From IMG/VR virus record IMGVR_UViG_3300047666_001531: 64,000 nt of DNA, one strand, 5' to 3'. The stretch is from a virus (Duplodnaviria; Heunggongvirae; Uroviricota; Caudoviricetes). The notes beneath the pieces were generated by a model. It was not told the origin of the DNA and did no database searches. It saw only the letters and a program-made list of their open reading frames with translations. The position numbers and the translations under genes were made by a program. Below, piece after piece: positions 48,701 through 54,596 of this stretch. Numbering within the stretch: the stretch's first letter is position 1; every line of letters starts with the position of its first letter.

Positions 48701-49996
48701 TGTGGGGCGTACAACAACCCTTATGGCAGCCAAACTGCAAGCTACACTCAAACACGCGTTTGTAAGCAAAACCAAACTCGAACACGTACCTATTCATCGG
48801 GTGAAAGCTTTGGTGAAAGTCGCACTGTGAATGCAAATGACTCACGTACTGTGACGGTGACTGTTGGTGGTTGGTCGAATACGTCAACATCAGCTCACAC
48901 AGCATGGTCGCCTACGGCTGGATCACAAACAAGTAATTATTCGCAGTCGCGAAGCTACACTCAGACACAACGTAGAGTGTGGACGCATAAAGTTGGAACT
49001 TCAACGGTTTATACCCGAAATGAAGATCGTAACTTGACGGGTCAAAGTCAGTCTCGTTCAATTACTGTGACCAATGCCGTAGGAGCTTATGGTTCAAACC
49101 ATAGTTACGGTTCATGGACACCAGCAGCGAGTGCGCAGACATCTAACTTTAGCCAAACTCAGTCTTATAAGCGTAACAGAACAAGAACGTATACTCATAA
49201 ATCGGGTACTACGACTATTCACACTCGCAGCGTGACAGAAACGAGCAACTTTAGTCAATCACGTTCTGTGGCAGTTAGTTGGTCAACGTGGGTTAATAAT
49301 GGCACGGCAACTTGTGGAGGCTGGTCTAAAGATGCTAAAACTGGAGCTAAGACAAGATCATGTAGTCAACCAGAGAAACGTACTCGTACTTACAAGGTTG
49401 GTACTTCGACTATTCACTCTGCTACTGAAACGAAAAATCGTAGTTACTCAGAGACGATAACGGTTACGGGTACGACTTATGGTTCTTGGTCAGGTTATTC
49501 GAATCAAGGTTCGCCATACGATTGTTCTGCTTCTTGGTCGCCTGCTGCTAGTACAGTAGAATCAGGTACTACATTTACTCAGTCTAGATCGTGTAAGCAA
49601 AATCAACGTAGACAGCGCAATAAATACACAACCTACTCTGATGGTTCACAAGATTATGTTGGTCTTGACTACGGAACGCGCATTATTACTGTGTACCAAA
49701 CAAGACAGGCCACTGGGACAAAGATAACTGAGGAGTGTTATACAGGTGGTTATGAGTATAGATCAGACTACGGTTATGAGAACGGCGATTATTGTGATAT
49801 TGAATATGAAATCTGGCGTTTTAATGGAGTTACGATTTACAAATATAATTTTGATGAGTGTCGTGGTGGTAACAGATACGAGTATTCTCCAGGAACATTT
49901 AGTGGTCGTGACACTTATTTATATAATGGTTACAAATACACCTTGAAAAATGTGGTCAATGGCTATCAAGGAGATGTTTGTAGAGTGCCACAGTAA
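45764..49996 (+). CDS. Giant secreted Trp/Cys/Thr-rich repeat protein (TSP1-like repeats), copy 2
   Basis: 1410 aa, AAGGA RBS, signal peptide ending AYA, same repeat grammar, distinct C-terminal domain. Confidence 0.8.
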   Translation: MLTKKLTLGIMAALYGAGTAYATEPTNPYIYKPFGLKPLSQAVVPDWEKKNSEYTAWQNEGAVYNCSAWTPPENVVNLDEEFTQSRECSQSQSRTRTDEMYSQRLDQTRYEGPFGESRVITVEESQDSVGTRDYITGEREDAYPNWSKVGGFYGCGSWSPDPSEINYGATFTQERDCSWDEDRQRNVFNTWQSGRETYNRTDSEGRTVPYTDSRESTGTYRDWQPTSSTYTAWEDVGTDHSHTSWSPAPSTQPSDFTQSREYKRDQERYEQKREQDQVTDDYRNTGSPVLHEQTVDRSEDRDVTVDYTSWEEVNRSAYTSWSPAPTVQTASYNQTRNYTLTEERERSYTAAGDGELLTATESRDTVEQTESRPVTVTYTSWEETGTNYDCGTWAPARDTVGVDEAYTQTRSCKQDEVRDRVYTNESTELNRVEEGRTLTPTQSRAQTGEGSWVTHDSTFTSWENEGSRYGYTAWSPVSSNQKSDFTQSRDFKQNETRNEQERERDIHSGTIRNVGEPIKRDRTVSGEESRSVVVNLGSWSDTTRSAETSWSPAPSNQTTGFTQSMGYTQHQARTVVHNAPSEVHRFTDTQALVNQTDTRPVSVSFSEWSNSGAIKNCGGWSPAENTVAYNESYTQTRECDQDQVRNRSYRADGSVLNTFVENRTVKVNDTQNATGTGNWVAHASTFTSWINSGGRHTYSSYSPTPTTQTTTFSQSRSYKQNQTRNEQKRERDTIGGSIRNVGSPIARSQTINGSESRNVTVAWSSWSNSGGKYSCGAYNNPHGNQTASYTQTRVCKQNQTRTRTYSSGESFSESKVINSNDSRTVTVTVGGWSNTSTSGHSSWSPAASSQTSNYSQSRSYTQTQRRVWTHKVGSTTVHTRNEDRNLTGQTQSRSITVTNAAGAYGSNYGYGSWSPTPTSQTATFTQTRGYKRDRTRTYTHKSGTTTIHTRGVTETGNFSQSRNVTVSWSSWANSGAKYSCGAYNNPYGSQTASYTQTRVCKQNQTRTRTYSSGESFGESRTVNANDSRTVTVTVGGWSNTSTSAHTAWSPTAGSQTSNYSQSRSYTQTQRRVWTHKVGTSTVYTRNEDRNLTGQSQSRSITVTNAVGAYGSNHSYGSWTPAASAQTSNFSQTQSYKRNRTRTYTHKSGTTTIHTRSVTETSNFSQSRSVAVSWSTWVNNGTATCGGWSKDAKTGAKTRSCSQPEKRTRTYKVGTSTIHSATETKNRSYSETITVTGTTYGSWSGYSNQGSPYDCSASWSPAASTVESGTTFTQSRSCKQNQRRQRNKYTTYSDGSQDYVGLDYGTRIITVYQTRQATGTKITEECYTGGYEYRSDYGYENGDYCDIEYEIWRFNGVTIYKYNFDECRGGNRYEYSPGTFSGRDTYLYNGYKYTLKNVVNGYQGDVCRVPQ
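48035..49270 (+). repeat. Internal tandem duplication of ~615 bp (~205 aa) in copy 2
   Basis: Block starting ...WSSW(S/A)NSG(G/A)KYSCGAYNNP... occurs at ~48035 and ~48650 with high nucleotide identity; boundaries approximate. Confidence 0.85.
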
Positions 49997-50043
49997 CCGA
50001 CTGAGTGGTCGGTATTAGTTGGCCACTTTTCAAATATGTTTTG

Positions 50044-50076
50044 AAGCTCATCATTTATCGTGATGAGCTTTTTTTT
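50044..50076. terminator. Intrinsic terminator between convergent genes
   Basis: AAGCTCATCA-TTTATCG-TGATGAGCTT plus T-run. Confidence 0.8.
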
Positions 50077-50092
50077 ATGTTAAAAATTTATT

Positions 50093-51301
50093 TTATAGAG
50101 TGATAGTTTGAATGAGGGATTTGGCAATATTAAAAGACAGGTTAACAGGCACAGCGTTGCCTATTTGTTTGTAAATGTTTGATGTGCCTCCACAGAACTG
50201 CCAGTTATCTGGAAATGTTTGAATTCTAGCGTATTCACGGGTAGTGAGCGGCCTGTCTTCTTGAGGGTGACATCGGTCAGTTTGTTTTTGAGAAGGTGAG
50301 CACGTCAATGTGTTTGATGGACTGTCCCAACTTAATCTTTTAGCAAAGCTTGTTTTGCCCCCTGGTGAGTCGAATGCGCCACCCATGTAACTCTTTTGTA
50401 TTTTAAGAGGAAGGTTTCTCCAATTTCCACCTTCAGGAACAAGGTGCATAATTTTTTGTTTTTCTTTAGGGTAACGTGCACCTTCTGATTCAGGCACATT
50501 TGAGCTGTAAAGGTTTCCTTTACACAAGGCGTCTCTTGTTGTGTAAATTGGGAATGCGCTTGGTTGTGGCCATGAGAAGTTTATGCTGTCAGCTATGTCG
50601 TTTCGGTATCCAACAAGAAAAAGGCGCTCTCTTTTTTGCGGCACTTGATAAAGCATTGCTTTTAGAATTCTTGGTTGGATTAATGTATAGCCAATATCAC
50701 TGAATGCTTGGCAAATTGTTTTGAGAGTTCGCCCTTTATCGTGCGATATCAAACCGGCTACGTTCTCTGCAACAAATGCTTTTGGTTGAGTTTCGAGTAT
50801 TGAGCGAGCAAACTCATGAAATAAGGTTCCTCTGGTATCATCAAACCCTAACTCTTTACCTGTGGTTGAGAAAGGTTGGCAAGGGAATCCACCAGCCATG
50901 ACATCTAATTGTCCATGGTAAGGTTTAAAATCAACAGTTGATATGTCTTGGTGTATGACATTCCAGTGAGGGCGGTTTTTTCTTAAAGTAGCCACGGCAT
51001 GCTTATCATATTCAACGAGAAATTTTGTTTTAAATCCCGCCATTTCGAATCCAAGTGACATACCACCGGCACCGGCAAATGATTCGCCGACTGTAAAACC
51101 ATGATCAAGTGGTGGTGGGTCTAGTGGGTTATTATCAGCATGCAATATTTCATCAATAATTGGTTCGCCGTGCACGCTAGAAAGTAACACTTCGCCTGTC
51201 ATTGATGTTTGATAAATGTTTTTTGTGATCCGAGAGTCTATGACGCGAGTTGATAGGTTAAGCAGATCACCTAGCCGTTCCTTCGGCAGTGTACGTTCCA
51301 T
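50093..51301 (-). CDS. C5-cytosine DNA methyltransferase, M.Eco47II/M.Sau96I-like (orphan)
   Basis: FAGAGG, GGFPCQPFS, ENV, QIGNAVP; TRD GGKT...RLSWD.PS.TL..SP.QKQT.RCHP resembles GGNCC-type enzymes as recalled, not searched. Confidence 0.9.
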   Translation of the reverse strand: MERTLPKERLGDLLNLSTRVIDSRITKNIYQTSMTGEVLLSSVHGEPIIDEILHADNNPLDPPPLDHGFTVGESFAGAGGMSLGFEMAGFKTKFLVEYDKHAVATLRKNRPHWNVIHQDISTVDFKPYHGQLDVMAGGFPCQPFSTTGKELGFDDTRGTLFHEFARSILETQPKAFVAENVAGLISHDKGRTLKTICQAFSDIGYTLIQPRILKAMLYQVPQKRERLFLVGYRNDIADSINFSWPQPSAFPIYTTRDALCKGNLYSSNVPESEGARYPKEKQKIMHLVPEGGNWRNLPLKIQKSYMGGAFDSPGGKTSFAKRLSWDSPSNTLTCSPSQKQTDRCHPQEDRPLTTREYARIQTFPDNWQFCGGTSNIYKQIGNAVPVNLSFNIAKSLIQTITL

Positions 51302-51319
51302 AATTTATACTTACTGGTG

Positions 51320-52018
51320 TTATCGGCTTAACTTAAGTTCGGGCACAACTGGTTCAGGAGGTCTGTAGTACAGCTTCTGAACCTCAGGTTTTGGAAGGAT
51401 TTTGTGAATTTCCATTTTAGCCACTTGATCTTTAAACCAAGCAATAACATTCTCTTTACCATTACCTAAATCGATGACAACGCCATCATAGCCAAGCACC
51501 TCATTGACAGCTTCTCTAAAAACCTTCGCTTCACCTACATCACCAAATAACTCTTTTTCCATACTCCAAAAGTTTTCTGGTTTAGCGAAATGTCGGCAAA
51601 CTTCAGTAATGAGTTCTTCAGAAAGTCTGTGGTGTGATTGGCCATTCCAATCAATAAGCGGTGAATCATCACCATCGAAAATCCGCTCACTTTTACGCAT
51701 GATGTCAAAAACTTGCTGAGGAGTAACGTCTACTAGCGCCTCATGAATAGATTTTGCGCCCACGTCAAGAGTAATTGGGTTGTTTAATTTAACAGTGGAC
51801 GCCATAACGACAGGGTGCGTAACCATTAACCCTTGAAGCCCAATCTCTTGTTCGGCAGCATCTGCATTTTCAAAAAAATAAAATCCAGAGCCGAAGTGCT
51901 GGCTATCGCCAAGACCGGTTAGTGTGGGGTTTAAACCAACCTTTAGGGTATCTACTACATTCTCAGATCCGAAATACATTGTTTTGTCTGACATCCTAGT
52001 CATCCTTACATAATCCAT
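51320..52018 (-). CDS. ADP-ribosyltransferase-fold-like protein (ART-PolyVal-like)
   Basis: MYFGS...FGSGFYFF...VKLNNP...LGYDGVVI...VIAWFKDQV. Confidence 0.5.
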   Translation of the reverse strand: MDYVRMTRMSDKTMYFGSENVVDTLKVGLNPTLTGLGDSQHFGSGFYFFENADAAEQEIGLQGLMVTHPVVMASTVKLNNPITLDVGAKSIHEALVDVTPQQVFDIMRKSERIFDGDDSPLIDWNGQSHHRLSEELITEVCRHFAKPENFWSMEKELFGDVGEAKVFREAVNEVLGYDGVVIDLGNGKENVIAWFKDQVAKMEIHKILPKPEVQKLYYRPPEPVVPELKLSR

Positions 52019-52134
52019 ATAGCTCTTATTTTATCATGTGTGAGTTTTTTGACCCTAAATCACATACACCTATTGATATCAAAATGAATTTCAATTATCA
52101 TAATGATAATAATTGATGTTTTTTTTGGAAGCTT

Positions 52135-52965
52135 ATGCGCAGTATTATGGTTTTTCTTTTGTCCTTTGTATTGATCTCGTGCTCAGATGGTGAAAGTTCG
52201 GTAACGGGTTCTTTAATGATGCTTTGTCGCGATGGCGGCAATAAGGATATTTGTGATTTAACTCACGATGGCGCTATGTGTGGTGTGGTACGTGCAGACA
52301 CTACTCGTGCAATGGTTATCCAAAAGCGAGACAAAACCTCTAACAATGGTTACCAAGCGCTCGTTGCACTTGATGAGTACAAAGGGTGTTTGGAAAATGC
52401 AGTGTTGGCACAAAGTGAAAGAAACCGTTCAAACGAAATATCAAGATTTGAAGCAATACAGAACATCCCCGATTATCAAAATAAAATAATTAGTGAAACA
52501 AAAGGTGCAAGGCCAGAAATAAATTTATGGCTATACAAGGAGACTGGTGATGATATCCACTGGGAGTCCATGTTAAATGGTGTGCCTTTAGCGAAAGACA
52601 TTCATCCTGATGTTTATACGTATATGATTGCAGAGGCTACCAATAGAGACATAGAGGAAGCTAAAAAGCTAGCTGACACGTTATTATACAAAAACAAACT
52701 AATAAGCGACCTCCCTGCTGATCTTTACAGTTTTTATACATTATATTATCTGAAGAAAAACAATATTTTCAAGTCTGCTGTTTGGCAAGGGTTGTATGCT
52801 CAGTTTGTTCAGAACAAAACAAGTATTAATCATGAATATTTTGAGCGTTACGAAAAAACGAACCTTAGGGAAATTAAAAAAGCCCAAGCTGTTGTAGACG
52901 ATCTAATTTTTGATATGAATTGGAAAGGTATGGAAATAGCGGATATACCTAAAAGTATGATTTAA
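52135..52965 (+). CDS. Lipoprotein, DUF2989-like
   Basis: Lipobox LISC; LC...ICDLTHDGAMCGVVR pattern. Confidence 0.6.
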   Translation: MRSIMVFLLSFVLISCSDGESSVTGSLMMLCRDGGNKDICDLTHDGAMCGVVRADTTRAMVIQKRDKTSNNGYQALVALDEYKGCLENAVLAQSERNRSNEISRFEAIQNIPDYQNKIISETKGARPEINLWLYKETGDDIHWESMLNGVPLAKDIHPDVYTYMIAEATNRDIEEAKKLADTLLYKNKLISDLPADLYSFYTLYYLKKNNIFKSAVWQGLYAQFVQNKTSINHEYFERYEKTNLREIKKAQAVVDDLIFDMNWKGMEIADIPKSMI

Positions 52966-53083
52966 TTTTAAAAGCTACCACTACAGATTTTAAATATAGG
53001 GTGATAATTAAAAAAACCTCAGAAATTACCCATTGTATAATATGATATGATGCTAGCAATATAAACCAAGGAAGAAATTTTAT

Positions 53084-53500
53084 ATGTTGACCTCCATACT
53101 GAAAAAAATAAATATATTCAGCCCCAAAAACACTCATATTTTGTTTTGCATACCAAGAAACGAAGGGGCTATGGGACCTCTTCCTCAGTTTTTTGCATTA
53201 CCTTTTAAAAAAGACGGTGTGATCTACCACTGTAACCCTGAACGTGGCTTGTCTGAGAATTCACAGGATGATATTGTTTTGTGGTTTAAATGCAATAGGA
53301 AAAATACTGCTCTTAAATTTTCAGTTGCTTCATGTACACCTGAACAGTTCCAGAAAGACTTTGGTCGCCAGTTGGAAAAGGACTATAGTGAGTTTAATGC
53401 CAGTGAAGATACATATTTTGGTTTCGGTAATTTTGGGTTTTGTATGGGAAGTGCTCGGTTGGAAGGCGATAGTACGCACCCATTTTTTGATTTGCTTTAA
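53084..53500 (+). CDS. Hypothetical protein
   Basis: 138 aa ORF; start uncertain. Confidence 0.5.
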   Translation: MLTSILKKINIFSPKNTHILFCIPRNEGAMGPLPQFFALPFKKDGVIYHCNPERGLSENSQDDIVLWFKCNRKNTALKFSVASCTPEQFQKDFGRQLEKDYSEFNASEDTYFGFGNFGFCMGSARLEGDSTHPFFDLL

Positions 53501-53505
53501 GTTGA

Positions 53506-53574
53506 TGGTGAGCACCGGTATCGAACCGGCCTCCTCTAATTTTCAATCCGTTGCCAATCAGTCTTGGCAAGCAC
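53506..53574 (-). pseudogene. Degenerate tRNA remnant (probably Cys-derived)
   Basis: Intact T-arm GCCGG-TTCGATA-CCGGT and CCA, but a 4-bp acceptor and unpaired anticodon stem (CGGATTGAAAATTAG). Confidence 0.6.
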
Positions 53575-53622
53575 AAAAAATTAAATATCACCCTCTCAGG
53601 TAGTGTGTATCTTATTCTAATG

Positions 53623-53710
53623 TGGCGTAGGTACTAGGAGTCGAACCTAGAAGGGGCTTTTAAGCTTCCCACGGTTTTGGAGACCGCTTTGCTCACCAAT
53701 GCGTACCTAC
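53623..53710 (-). tRNA. tRNA-Trp(CCA) with long variable arm and short D arm
   Basis: GTAGGTA/TACCTAC; GCGGT-CT CCA AA-ACCGT; V-arm GGG.GCT-TAAA-AGC.CCC; G73; CCA. Confidence 0.8.
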
Positions 53711-53718
53711 TTGTATAT

Positions 53719-53792
53719 TGGAGCACCATACGGAGTCGAACCGTGTAACTAGGGTTGCAATCTAGCGCCTTACCAAACTCGGCCAATAGTGC
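53719..53792 (-). tRNA. tRNA-Cys(GCA)
   Basis: GCACTAT/ATGGTGC; TT GCA AC loop; U73; CCA. Confidence 0.88.
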
Positions 53793-53850
53793 ATTAAACT
53801 TTTCTTGTTCTTTATTTAAACTCTAAACACATTTCCTACGGTTTATGTAT

Positions 53851-53927
53851 TGGTCGGTGATGCAAGATTCGAACTTGCGACCCCTTCGCCCCAAACGAAG
53901 TGCGCTACCAGACTGCGCTAATCACCG
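53851..53927 (-). tRNA. tRNA-Pro(TGG), copy 2
   Basis: CGGTGAT/ATCACCG; CTTCG-TT TGG GG-CGAAG; CCA. Confidence 0.93.
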
Positions 53928-53956
53928 ATAACCGATAACCGATAACATAAAAAAGG

Positions 53957-54031
53957 TGGAAGGGGGAGGGGATTTGAACCCGCCGCACTGTCAGTCAAAG
54001 TGACATGCTCTACCAATTAAGCTATCCCCCC
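53957..54031 (-). tRNA. tRNA-Gln(TTG), bulged T-stem
   Basis: TGTCA-CT TTG AC-TGACA; T-stem 3' strand one nt short; CCA. Confidence 0.8.
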
Positions 54032-54033
54032 AT

Positions 54034-54110
54034 TGGTCGGTGATGCAAGATTCGAACTTGCGACCCCTTCGTCCCAAACGAAGTGCGCTACCAAACTGCG
54101 CTAATCACCG
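54034..54110 (-). tRNA. tRNA-Pro(TGG), copy 1
   Basis: CTTCG-TT TGG GA-CGAAG; two differences from copy 2. Confidence 0.93.
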
Positions 54111-54118
54111 ATATACGA

Positions 54119-54146
54119 ATAATATATCATTCCAAACAAAAGTCAA
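54119..54146 (-). promoter_or_regulatory. Proximal promoter candidate of tRNA operon 2
   Basis: Minus strand TTGACT-16-TATTAT ending ~8 nt before tRNA-Pro. Confidence 0.6.
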
Positions 54147-54225
54147 CAGAAATATTAAAATAAATTTAATTAAATCAACAGCTTACATATTTTTAGCATG
54201 AAGAAAACCCTACTTCATTTAAGCA

Positions 54226-54332
54226 TTAAAAAAGCCCTTAGACATACGTCTAAAGGCTTTAATAAGAGGGCTTCTTCAGACATATACGAATAACCGTTAT
54301 GACTGAATATCTATTTATTTACTTAATTCAGC
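54226..54332 (-). terminator. Attenuator of tRNA operon 2: alternative hairpins plus intrinsic terminator
   Basis: Terminator AAAGCCTTTAGAC-GTAT-GTCTAAGGGCTTT plus T-run; antiterminator ATATGTCTGAAG:CTTTAGACGTAT (12 bp); anti-antiterminator TTCAGTCATA:TATGTCTGAA; stop-codon pairing CTGAAT:ATTCAG. Confidence 0.8.
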
Positions 54333-54405
54333 GCACAACAATCCCTGCCGGCCACTGTTGTGGCAGACATATGCAGATGGGTTGCTGTACTACTGTATAA
54401 GTCAT
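54328..54405 (-). CDS. Putative leader peptide of tRNA operon 2 (MTYTVVQQPICICLPQQWPAGIVVR)
   Basis: GAGAG RBS-like site, ATG 54405, TGA 54330; promoter TTCCAA-17-TATTAT (54463-54435, extended -10). Confidence 0.78.
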   Translation of the reverse strand: MTYTVVQQPICICLPQQWPAGIVVR

Positions 54406-54596
54406 TATTGCTCTCACTATGTTAATTTAAAATGATAATATCATAAACAAATACGTTTTGGAACATTTTTGATTTATTTTGATAATAAATGTTCGACTCC
54501 ATCTGCGCTTAACTATTCTTTGTTTTGGCGAAGAAAACGCAAAAAATTAAGTTATGATAACGGGATAAAATATTTGCTTATAAAAGGAATTTGAGC

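Noticed and set aside
42513-49946. Alternative-frame ORFs within the giant repeat genes
   Set aside because: They recur at homologous positions in both paralogs as by-products of codon bias; no RBS
53244-53603. Overlapping short ORFs near tRNA operon 2
   Set aside because: Shadow frames of 53084..53500 and the tRNA remnant
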